A DNA stretch of 64,000 bases. Source: an uncultured Candidatus Saccharibacteria bacterium (lineage in GTDB: Bacteria > Patescibacteriota > Minisyncoccia > UBA6257 > WO2-44-18). The DNA lies in NCBI GenBank assembly GCA_964637575.1, contig CAZWVU010000004.1, positions 14,788 through 78,787 on the forward strand, in the 5' to 3' direction. Under the pieces are notes generated by a model. That model saw nothing but the letters and a program-made list of their open reading frames with translations, ran no database searches and was not told the DNA's origin. Positions 1-7,920 of this stretch are shown piece after piece. The position numbers and the translations under genes were made by a program. Numbering within the stretch: the first letter of the stretch is position 1; every line of letters starts with the position of its first letter.

Positions 1-81
1 CAGCTGATGCAGGACCTGGACTGGGTGAACCAGTATATCGAAAAAGAAGTGCGGGATATCGACCGCCTGCTCGGGGCGTAA
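1..81 (+). CDS. 3' end of a gene truncated by the window edge
   Basis: Open frame QLMQDLDWVNQYIEKEVRDIDRLLGA ending in TAA at 79-81, one base before the next ATG. Confidence 0.6.
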   Translation, partial: QLMQDLDWVNQYIEKEVRDIDRLLGA

Positions 82-82
82 C

Positions 83-2446
83 ATGCCAAAACGAGAAACA
101 GCCCTGAAATACATCATCCGGGGGATCATCTTCCTCGCGGTGTATTTCGCCGCGGGAAAATTCGGGCTGTCGCTCGCCGTCGCGACCAAGCAGGTGACGA
201 CGGTGTGGCCGCCGACGGGGATCGCCCTCGCATTCCTCCTGCTGTTCGGCGAATGGCACTGGCCGGCGGTTTTTATCGGGGCGTTTCTGGTGAATATCAC
301 CGCGCACGAGCCGGCGCTCGCGGCGCTCGGCATCGCCATCGGCAACACGCTGGAAGCGCTGCTCGGCGCCTATCTCGCGCGGAAGGTGGCCGGGTTGGAA
401 AAATCGATCCGGCGGCTGAAGGACGCGGTGGGATTCACGGCATTCGGCGTGCTCTTCGGGCCGGCGGTGAGTGCCACCTTCGGGGCACTGACGCTGGCAT
501 GGGCAGGGCTGGCGGACTGGCAGGCGCTCGGCTCAGTCTGGATTACCTGGCTGGTCGGGGACGCGATGGGCGCCCTCGTGGTGGCACCGCTGATCCTTTC
601 GTTCGCGGACGAGAAGAATCAGAATCTCTTCCGGAAAAAGCCGGTGGAAACCTTCGCGCTGTTCGGCCTGCTGGTGCTCGCCAGCCTGTTTGTGTTCACC
701 ACGCGGACGGGCGATTCGCTGATCACCGGCCAGCTGAAATTCCTCGTGTTTCCGTTTCTCCTCTGGGCGGCGCTGGCCTTCAGCCAGCTGGGGGTGTCCA
801 TCGCCCTCCTGCTGATTACCGGCATTGCGATCACCGGCACTATTTTCGGACTGGGTCCCTTTATGGGAACGGCGGCGGTGGTTGAGCAGAACCTGATCCT
901 GCTCCAGATTTTCATGTTCACGGCCGGCGTGTCCGGATTGCTGCTCGCCGCGGCGGTGGAGGAGCGTGACGCGGCGCGGGGGGAGGCGGTGGAAGGCGAA
1001 CGCCGTTACCGCCAGCTCGTGGAGCTTTCTCCGGACGCGATGTTCATTGAACGCGCCGGCCGGTTCGTGTTCGTGAACAGCGCCACGCTGAAACTGTTCG
1101 GCGCCCGGCATCAGGACGATCTGCTGGGGCAGAATGTGGCCGACTTCATCCATCCGGATTACCTCCAGCCCAAGATGGAACGGCTGCGCGCGCTGGCTGA
1201 ACGCAAAAGACCCGTGCCGCTGGTGGAGGAAAAAATTCTCCGGCTGGACGGCCTGCCGGTGGACGTGGAAACGGCCTCAACCTGGCTTATATATAAGGGA
1301 AATCCGGCGGTGCAGGTGATCATGCGGGACATCCGCGAACGGAAAGATGCGGAGCGGAGACTGCGCATTTCCATGGAGAGCGTGGAGCGGGAGCGGGCGA
1401 AAGACGAAGCGCTCCTGGAGAGTATTGCCGAAGGCGTGGTGGCGATCGATACGGTCGGCCGCGTCATTTATATCAACGATCAGGCGGAGGAACTTTTCGG
1501 TTTCACGGAGCGCGAACTGCTGGGGAAGGTGTTTAATGAAATCGTTCCCGCCGAGGATGAAAAAGGTGTCCTTATTCCGATCAGCCGGCGCGCGCTTTCG
1601 CTCGCGGTGGCGACGAAGAAGCGCTCGCCGCTCGCCGCCGATTTCATTATCCGGAAGGACCGGACGAAGGTGCCGGTTCACGCCACCGCGTCGCCAGTGA
1701 TCCTCGAGGGCCGGGTGGTGGGCGCAATCGGCACGTACCGCGATATCACCAAAGAAAAAGAAATTGAGCGGGCCAAGAGCGAGTTTGTCTCAGTCGCGTC
1801 GCACCAGCTCCGCTCGCCGCTCACCGCCTTCAAGTGGGTGATTGAACTTTTGCGCAAAGAAAAAGTGAACCGGAGCGTGCGGACGAAAATTGAGTATCTC
1901 TACAAGTCCAACGATCGCCTGATCACGCTCGTGAACGATCTTTTAAGCGTGTCCCGCATCGAGGTCGGCACGGCGATGGTGAACAAGCAGCCATCCGACG
2001 TGAAGGGGCTGATCGGAAACGTGATCGGAGTGCTCACCCCGGACGCCGAAGCCAAAAAAGTGACGGTGCGCGTCCAGGCGAAGATTGACGTGATCAAGAG
2101 CGTGATCGATCCCAACCTTTTTTCCGAAGCGTTCAAAAATATCCTGGATAACGCGATCTGGTACGGCCCGCCGTCGTCGGAAGTGAAAGTGATGATCGAC
2201 CAGCGCGGCAAGGAATATCTGATCAGCGTCCACAATGCCGGCCCGTCCATTCTGGAAAAAGACAAGCCGAAGCTGTTTACGAAATTTTACCGCGGCACGG
2301 GTGCCGCCGATCAGAAGCCGACCGGCAGCGGACTCGGGCTTTTCATTGCGAAATCAGCCATCGAATCCAACGGAGGGAAAATCTGGTTTGAATCGGCCGC
2401 CGGGCGGGGGACGACGTTTTATTTTACGGTACCGATCACCGCCTGA
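83..2446 (+). CDS. MASE1-PAS-PAS sensor histidine kinase
   Basis: N-terminal MASE1-type TM region (VWPPTGIALA, WLVGDAMG), two PAS domains, H-box (SVASHQLRSPL), HATPase N/G boxes (NILDNAI, GSGLGLFI). Confidence 0.92.
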   Translation: MPKRETALKYIIRGIIFLAVYFAAGKFGLSLAVATKQVTTVWPPTGIALAFLLLFGEWHWPAVFIGAFLVNITAHEPALAALGIAIGNTLEALLGAYLARKVAGLEKSIRRLKDAVGFTAFGVLFGPAVSATFGALTLAWAGLADWQALGSVWITWLVGDAMGALVVAPLILSFADEKNQNLFRKKPVETFALFGLLVLASLFVFTTRTGDSLITGQLKFLVFPFLLWAALAFSQLGVSIALLLITGIAITGTIFGLGPFMGTAAVVEQNLILLQIFMFTAGVSGLLLAAAVEERDAARGEAVEGERRYRQLVELSPDAMFIERAGRFVFVNSATLKLFGARHQDDLLGQNVADFIHPDYLQPKMERLRALAERKRPVPLVEEKILRLDGLPVDVETASTWLIYKGNPAVQVIMRDIRERKDAERRLRISMESVERERAKDEALLESIAEGVVAIDTVGRVIYINDQAEELFGFTERELLGKVFNEIVPAEDEKGVLIPISRRALSLAVATKKRSPLAADFIIRKDRTKVPVHATASPVILEGRVVGAIGTYRDITKEKEIERAKSEFVSVASHQLRSPLTAFKWVIELLRKEKVNRSVRTKIEYLYKSNDRLITLVNDLLSVSRIEVGTAMVNKQPSDVKGLIGNVIGVLTPDAEAKKVTVRVQAKIDVIKSVIDPNLFSEAFKNILDNAIWYGPPSSEVKVMIDQRGKEYLISVHNAGPSILEKDKPKLFTKFYRGTGAADQKPTGSGLGLFIAKSAIESNGGKIWFESAAGRGTTFYFTVPITA

Positions 2447-2464
2447 TGTGCTACTATTAAACCC

Positions 2465-2848
2465 ATGACCAAGAAACAGACAATATTTGTGGTGGAAGAC
2501 GAGGAAATTCTCGCCAATTCGATCCGGGAATATTTACAGGGCAAGGGCTATCTCGTGGAAGTGGCGAACAACGGCGCCGAGGCGATCAAAATGATGCCCT
2601 CCGTCCGCCCCGACCTGATTGTGCTCGACATCGTCCTGCCCGAAGTGAATGGGGTGACGTTTCTGAAAGAAATCCAGAAGGCGGATTCGGAATTCAAGGA
2701 TGTCCACGTGCTCGTGCTCACCAACCTGCCGGGCGATCTGGAAAGTTTCCGCGCGATGGGCGTGAATGCCGACGGGTATTTCGTGAAGGCGAATACCAAG
2801 CTGGAAGAACTCGCGAAGAATATTAAAGCGACGTTAGGTAAGAAATAG
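2465..2848 (+). CDS. Single-domain response regulator (receiver)
   Basis: VVEDE, PDLIVLDIVLP phospho-Asp motif, conserved T and K; directly follows the kinase. Confidence 0.92.
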   Translation: MTKKQTIFVVEDEEILANSIREYLQGKGYLVEVANNGAEAIKMMPSVRPDLIVLDIVLPEVNGVTFLKEIQKADSEFKDVHVLVLTNLPGDLESFRAMGVNADGYFVKANTKLEELAKNIKATLGKK

Positions 2849-3632
2849 CGTTTCCCACGTTCCGCGGTTTTTTCCCTTCGTACTGAATCGTTTCCGCGTC
2901 CAGCATTTTTATCCTTTTCCCGCCGATGACGGTGTAGACTCCCGGCTCCGGATTGAGCGCCCGGATCTTCCGCGCCAGCGTTCCGGGATCTTCTTTGGCA
3001 ATATCCACGAATCCGTCCGCGCTTTTAAATTTTTTCGTGAAGGTGGCTTCCGCTTCGTTTTGCGTGAGGGGATCCACGCTTCCCGCGGCGAATTTCGGCA
3101 GAATCTCCGCCAGCAGGTCGCCGGACACGTCTGCCAATTTTTCCATCAGGGTTTCATAGGTATCGCGGTTCACGATCGCCGTCACGCGCTGCGCGAGGAT
3201 GGCGCCGTGATCCACCTGCTCATCCAGCAGGAAAAGCGTGGTGCCGGTCTCGGCTTCGCCGGCGAGGATCGCGCTCTGGATCGGCGTGGTACCGCGGTAT
3301 TTGGGAAGCAGGGAAGGGTGGACGCCGACCATTCCCAGCCGCGGAAGTTTCAAGATCTCATTGGGAAGGATCTTGGCGTAAGCGGCGACGACAGCGAAAT
3401 CCATTCCGGCAATTTTCAATTTAAAATTTTCAATTTTCAGGTCATCCGGCTGGAGCACTTCAATCTTGTGCTTTTCTGCGACCACTTTTGCCGGCGGGGG
3501 AGTTATCACCTGCCTGCGTCCGACCGGCTTGTCGGGATTACAGACCACCAGCGCGGGAGGCGTGCCGGCTTTGATCAACTTTCCCAGAATGATGGCGGCG
3601 AACTTGGGGGTGCCGAAGAAAGCGTAATGCAT
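2823..3632 (-). CDS. fmt: Methionyl-tRNA formyltransferase
   Basis: FFGTPKFA and HPSLLPKYRG motifs; downstream of def. Confidence 0.95.
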   Translation of the reverse strand: MHYAFFGTPKFAAIILGKLIKAGTPPALVVCNPDKPVGRRQVITPPPAKVVAEKHKIEVLQPDDLKIENFKLKIAGMDFAVVAAYAKILPNEILKLPRLGMVGVHPSLLPKYRGTTPIQSAILAGEAETGTTLFLLDEQVDHGAILAQRVTAIVNRDTYETLMEKLADVSGDLLAEILPKFAAGSVDPLTQNEAEATFTKKFKSADGFVDIAKEDPGTLARKIRALNPEPGVYTVIGGKRIKMLDAETIQYEGKKPRNVGNAISYLTSL

Positions 3633-3633
3633 A

Positions 3634-3746
3634 ATTTTAAATTCTAAATTTTAAATTTGAAATGAATAACCTAATTCTTAAATGTTTTAAAAAACATTGA
3701 GTCATTTAAAATTGATTGAAAATTAAAAATTGTAAATTTCAAATTC
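3634..3746. repeat. AT-rich degenerate 7-mer repeat tract
   Basis: AATTTTA-AATTCTA-AATTTTA-AATTTGA and AAATTGA/AAATTAA/AAATTGT/AAATTTC units in a GC-rich background. Confidence 0.75.
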
Positions 3747-3749
3747 GTT

Positions 3750-4229
3750 TTATTTAACTACTGGCACCCGCTCCACCTGCCTTGCTTTATCGATAAAAAG
3801 CTTCCCGTTCAGATGGTCGACTTCATGCTGGAAGACGCGGGCGAGCAAGCCCCAGGCTTTGATTTTCAGCGCCTTGCCGTTCTGATCCTGTCCTTTCAGC
3901 ACGAGGCGCGCGGGACGGTCGACCGCGCCGTACACGCCCGGAATGCTCAAGCAGCCTTCATCCATCGACGCGGTTTCTTTGGAAAGCTGGGTGAGTTCGG
4001 GATTGAACACCGCGTAAAATTTATTCTCCACTTTGGCGACAAACACCTTGATATTCAATCCGATTTGGTTCGCGGAGAGACCGATGCCGTCCGCCTGCTG
4101 CATCATCTGGCGCATGGTTTTCACCAGCTCGCGGATTTCTTTTTTGCCGTACGTTGAAAAATCAAAATGCGCAGTGGGCGTGCGCAGGAATTTCTCATCT
4201 TTTTTCTCCGCGGTGGTAACTATTTTCAT
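3750..4229 (-). CDS. def: Peptide deformylase
   Basis: GIGLSANQIG, EGCLS and QHEVDHL motifs; native ATG at 4229, with an in-frame upstream ATG inside the TIR. Confidence 0.95.
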   Translation of the reverse strand: MKIVTTAEKKDEKFLRTPTAHFDFSTYGKKEIRELVKTMRQMMQQADGIGLSANQIGLNIKVFVAKVENKFYAVFNPELTQLSKETASMDEGCLSIPGVYGAVDRPARLVLKGQDQNGKALKIKAWGLLARVFQHEVDHLNGKLFIDKARQVERVPVVK

Positions 4230-4523
4230 CCCACACATAACTTACGCCTGAAGGCTATCGCGAAGACGTTCTTTTAATCTTCGCAATCCCTGGGCGTGAA
4301 GTTTTAATGATTTCTCTCGACTATAGGCATCGCTTTTGGAGCGATAGCCTTCAAAGTATACCAGCTTCCAAGGTAGATATTTTGAGGTGAATTCTGAATC
4401 ACCCTCATTATGTTGAGTTAACCGCTTAGGTAGATCATTGGTGCATCCAATGTAAGTAATGCCGTGCTTCACTGATTTGAGGAGATAGACGTAATGCATG
4501 ATTAGCGTAAGTTATGTGTGGGA
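4229..4523 (-). mobile_element. 295-bp TIR-bounded element encoding a GIY-YIG nuclease
   Basis: Perfect 19-bp inverted repeats TCCCACACATAACTTACGC (4229-4247 / 4505-4523); TTCA direct repeats at 4225-4228 and 4524-4527; visibly AT-richer than the flanks. Confidence 0.8.
4242..4499 (-). CDS. Small GIY-YIG nuclease (UPF0213-like)
   Basis: YVYLL..TYIGCT..KRL.QHN..LVYFE..A.SREK motif set with the catalytic R and E present. Confidence 0.9.
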   Translation of the reverse strand: MHYVYLLKSVKHGITYIGCTNDLPKRLTQHNEGDSEFTSKYLPWKLVYFEGYRSKSDAYSREKSLKLHAQGLRRLKERLRDSLQA

Positions 4524-4527
4524 TTCA

Positions 4528-4821
4528 TTATTTCTTCGTTTTTTTCGTTTTGGCCTTCCGCCTGCCTTTCAGGACTCTCATAAAATAGGCGCCCTTGCGG
4601 GTGATGTCCTTTTTTTCGGCGACCGATTTGGCGATGGTCATTACCGTGTGGTCGCCGAGCTGTTTCGCGAGCTTCATATAAAGCCCCTTGTGCTCCTGGT
4701 CATCTAAAATAGAAGCAATTTCGAGCCCTGTCAATTGATACGATTTGGTGATCTTTGATTTGTTTCCCCGGCGTTTCAGTTCATCAAAGTATTCCTTACT
4801 GGATTTAGGAAGCGGACGCAT
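4528..4821 (-). CDS. Small basic hypothetical protein
   Basis: 97-aa ORF whose TAA would overlap the def start (TAATG) if the element were removed. Confidence 0.7.
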   Translation of the reverse strand: MRPLPKSSKEYFDELKRRGNKSKITKSYQLTGLEIASILDDQEHKGLYMKLAKQLGDHTVMTIAKSVAEKKDITRKGAYFMRVLKGRRKAKTKKTKK

Positions 4822-4837
4822 ATTATCATTGTATCAA

Positions 4838-5404
4838 ATGACGAAAAAGCGCCTTTTCATCGCCATCAATCTTCCCGAACGGATCACGCGCCCGCTTCAA
4901 AAAGAAATCGAGACAATTCAGGAAACCATTGATCCGGGCATCCGGTTTTTGAGCCGGCACACCTGGCACATCACGGTAGCGTTCCTCGGGCAGCAGTCGG
5001 CGGACGATATCAATGCCATTAATAATGTGGTTGCCGACGTCGCGTCACGCTTCGAACCGCCCTCCATCCAGTTCGACAGGATTACCTACGGGCCGGTCGG
5101 ACGCACGCCCCGGATGATCTGGCTCGTAGCCGACCGCGCCACCTCGGAGCGGATTGCCGCGATGAAATCGGAACTGGAGCGCGGGCTGTTTGAAGCGGGG
5201 ATCCAATTTGAGCAGGAGCACCGGCAGTTCCATGCCCACCTGACGCTGGCGCGTTTTGCCGCATTCAACCGCGAATCGCTTGCGCCGCTGGACGTTCCGT
5301 TCCGGCACAGTTATGAGGCGCCGGCGCTTGAGGTGATGGAGTCGCATTCGCAGCGGGGAGACGCCGAGTATGAAATCCTTGCCTCGTATAATTTTTCCGA
5401 GTAA
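4838..5404 (+). CDS. thpR: RNA 2',3'-cyclic phosphodiesterase (2H family)
   Basis: RLFIAI N-terminus and two HxT motifs (HIT, HLT). Confidence 0.9.
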   Translation: MTKKRLFIAINLPERITRPLQKEIETIQETIDPGIRFLSRHTWHITVAFLGQQSADDINAINNVVADVASRFEPPSIQFDRITYGPVGRTPRMIWLVADRATSERIAAMKSELERGLFEAGIQFEQEHRQFHAHLTLARFAAFNRESLAPLDVPFRHSYEAPALEVMESHSQRGDAEYEILASYNFSE

Positions 5405-5414
5405 GATTAAGAAA

Positions 5415-6650
5415 ATGTTTCTTAAGAAGCCCATTACCATATGGATCAGCGGCGCGCTTGTCTCGCTGTTGCTAATCGGCGGTTCGCTTTTCGCCGGCTA
5501 CCGGCTGGGCGAGCAGCATCCCGAGGTGGTCACGGTGAAAAACGTCACCAACACCGACGACCCGTCCGTCAGCGCGGATTTCGGTTTGTTCTGGCAGGTG
5601 TGGCACAAACTCAAGGATTATCATATCGACGGCAACAGCATTCCCGACAAGCAGATGGTCTATGGCGCGGTGGCCGGGCTGGTGGATTCGCTCAAGGATC
5701 CTTACACGGTGTTTTTCCCGCCGGCAGAAGCGAAAAAATTCGAGCAGGACGTGAAAGGAAACTTCGGCGGCATCGGCGCCGAAATCGGCATCCGCGACGA
5801 TGTGGTGACCGTGATCGCGCCGCTCAAGGATTCCCCGGCGGAAAAAGCGGGCTTGCGGGCGAAGGACAAAGTCCTCGCCATTGACGGAGCGCCGACCGAC
5901 GGGCTGGGCGTGAATGACGCGGTGGGCAGGATCCGCGGCGAGATCGGCACGAAAGTGACGCTTACCATCTTCCGCGCCGGCTGGGACAAACCGAAGGATT
6001 TTGTGATTGTCCGCGACGAGATCCGCGTGCCGACGATTGATTCGGACGTGAAGGACGGCATCCTCGACGTGAAGTTCTACGCATTTAACCAGAACGCGCC
6101 CCAGCAGTTCTATAACGCGATCGTCAACGGGGCCAACAAGGGCGCCCGGGGGATGGTGCTGGATATGCGTAACAATCCGGGCGGCTATCTGGACGTCGCG
6201 GTGTATCTCGCCGGCTGGTTCCTGCAGAAAGGCGCCACGGTGGTTACCGAGCACGTCCGCAGCGGGCAGGACACCGTCTATACCGCCGACGGCAACGCCG
6301 CGCTCAAGGATTTTCCGGTGGTGCTGCTGCTCAACGGCGGATCCGCGTCCGCGTCTGAAATTCTCGCCGGCGCGCTCCGTGACGACCGCAGCATCAAGAT
6401 CGTGGGCGAAAAATCGTTCGGAAAGGGGACGGTGCAGGAGGTCCAGGACCTCAAGGACGGCTCCACGCTGAAGATCACCATCGCCAAATGGCTGACGCCG
6501 AGCGGCCTCACGATCGACAAGAACGGCCTTGTGCCGGACTATGAAGTAAAGCTGACCGATGACGACGTGAAGAATGACCGGGATCCCCAGCTGGACCGGG
6601 CGATGCAGGTGATCCAGTCGATTGTGGCGAGCAGCACGCCTTCCCAGTAG
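5415..6650 (+). CDS. ctpA: S41 C-terminal processing protease with PDZ domain
   Basis: GGIGAEI PDZ, DMRNNPGG, SASASEI and SFGKG motifs. Confidence 0.9.
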   Translation: MFLKKPITIWISGALVSLLLIGGSLFAGYRLGEQHPEVVTVKNVTNTDDPSVSADFGLFWQVWHKLKDYHIDGNSIPDKQMVYGAVAGLVDSLKDPYTVFFPPAEAKKFEQDVKGNFGGIGAEIGIRDDVVTVIAPLKDSPAEKAGLRAKDKVLAIDGAPTDGLGVNDAVGRIRGEIGTKVTLTIFRAGWDKPKDFVIVRDEIRVPTIDSDVKDGILDVKFYAFNQNAPQQFYNAIVNGANKGARGMVLDMRNNPGGYLDVAVYLAGWFLQKGATVVTEHVRSGQDTVYTADGNAALKDFPVVLLLNGGSASASEILAGALRDDRSIKIVGEKSFGKGTVQEVQDLKDGSTLKITIAKWLTPSGLTIDKNGLVPDYEVKLTDDDVKNDRDPQLDRAMQVIQSIVASSTPSQ

Positions 6651-6660
6651 TCTCCTCCTT

Positions 6661-6773
6661 CGCCAGGACGTCGGGCTACAATCCTGTCTGCGGGAAGAAG
6701 GTATGCTCGTCTTCTGTTCTTCTCCTCGCCAGGACGTCGGGCTACAATCCTGTCTGCGGGAAGAACAGAAGAC
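6661..6773. repeat. Repeat family A, copies 1 and 2 (tandem)
   Basis: Core CGCCAGGACGTCGGGCTACAATCCTGTCTGCGGGAAG at 6661-6697 and 6727-6763. Confidence 0.9.
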
Positions 6774-6821
6774 TTCGCTTTTATTTTTTTTGTGTGGAAA
6801 AAACCGCCGGCATGGGCGGTT

Positions 6822-7148
6822 TTAGTTTTGGGAGGGTTTGGCAAGATCGTTGACCACGTTTTCCTTGCGCTTCTGTTCGGATTTGTACTGCAGCGCGAAG
6901 AGACGGAGCGGCCGGATTTCTTCCTCGCTTCCTTCCAGCGCATGACAATCAATCCGTCCTTCCGAATCGTCGGCGTAGGCGAGCAGAATCACTCCCGGTT
7001 TGGAAATGTCCATGAACGAGCGGCGCGCGCCGCGGTGGTCAATGCAGGCGATAATCGCGGCCCGGGCGGCATCCGCGTCCAGCGGGCGCTTTTCCAGATC
7101 CTTGGTGGTGTCGTCCTTTTCTATTGAAAACGTACGGAGAATGATCAT
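6822..7148 (-). CDS. Hypothetical protein
   Basis: 108-aa ORF with GAAAGGA Shine-Dalgarno site upstream and a hairpin at its 3' end. Confidence 0.55.
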   Translation of the reverse strand: MIILRTFSIEKDDTTKDLEKRPLDADAARAAIIACIDHRGARRSFMDISKPGVILLAYADDSEGRIDCHALEGSEEEIRPLRLFALQYKSEQKRKENVVNDLAKPSQN

Positions 7149-7161
7149 AGCAGTCCTTTCG

Positions 7162-7191
7162 TTGACAATGAGCGTATTCCTGTACTATACT
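7162..7191 (+). promoter_or_regulatory. Sigma70-type promoter of rpmA
   Basis: TTGACA-18bp-TATACT. Confidence 0.55.
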
Positions 7192-7214
7192 CTTTTTATT
7201 AAATTTTTTAAGCT

Positions 7215-7499
7215 ATGGCACACACTAAATCAGGCGGTTCGACCCGGTTAGGACGCGATTCGGAGTCCAAACGCCTCGGCATAAAAGTAAACGAGAAAGA
7301 AGCCGTAAAAACCGGCGAAATTATTGTCCGCCAGCGCGGCAGCCATGTCCTTCCGGGCGCCAATGTCGCCCAGGGCGGCGATGACACGCTCTACGCGATT
7401 AAAACCGGCGTAGTGAAATTCACGGACGTGAAAAAAACACGTTTTGACGGCACCCGCCGTTACGTCAAGAAAGTCCACGTCATTACTCCGCAGAAATAG
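7215..7499 (+). CDS. rpmA: 50S ribosomal protein L27
   Basis: [22 protein letters not shown] and IIVRQRG motifs. Confidence 0.97.
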   Translation: MAHTKSGGSTRLGRDSESKRLGIKVNEKEAVKTGEIIVRQRGSHVLPGANVAQGGDDTLYAIKTGVVKFTDVKKTRFDGTRRYVKKVHVITPQK

Positions 7500-7908
7500 A
7501 AATTTTCGCGATTCCCCTCACTCCCTTCCCGAAATCAACCGGCACCTCATGCGTGCCGGTTTTTCGCAGCGGTTTTTCCAGGCCGATCCTCACTTCGCCA
7601 TATCCTTTGGCGGCCAGCGTTTTCCGGATATCTTCGGCGGTTACCGATCCGAACACTTCGCCCTTAGCACCTGCCTTCACGCGGAATTCCAGGACGTCTT
7701 TCTTGAGCTGCGCGGCGCGCTTGGCATAGCCGTCGATCAGCGCTTTCTCTCCGGCGTCGATGTGCGCTTTCATTTTCATCGCTCCCTCGTCCGCGGGCAC
7801 CGCCAGCTTCCGCGCGAAAAGAAAATTCCGCGCGTAGCCGTCGGCGACTTCCTTCACCTCATTTTTCTTTCCTATTTTTTTAACATCCTGCAATAACAGA
7901 ACTTTCAT
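7483..7908 (-). CDS. rplI: 50S ribosomal protein L9
   Basis: [16 protein letters not shown] and FGSVT motifs. Confidence 0.96.
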   Translation of the reverse strand: MKVLLLQDVKKIGKKNEVKEVADGYARNFLFARKLAVPADEGAMKMKAHIDAGEKALIDGYAKRAAQLKKDVLEFRVKAGAKGEVFGSVTAEDIRKTLAAKGYGEVRIGLEKPLRKTGTHEVPVDFGKGVRGIAKISISAE

Positions 7909-7920
7909 AAGAATAATTGT

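Noticed and set aside
6661-6763. Two 37-nt direct repeats with a 29-nt gap, CRISPR-like
   Set aside because: Only two units, no cas genes, and single copies occur elsewhere with closing stems; better explained as a dispersed repeat
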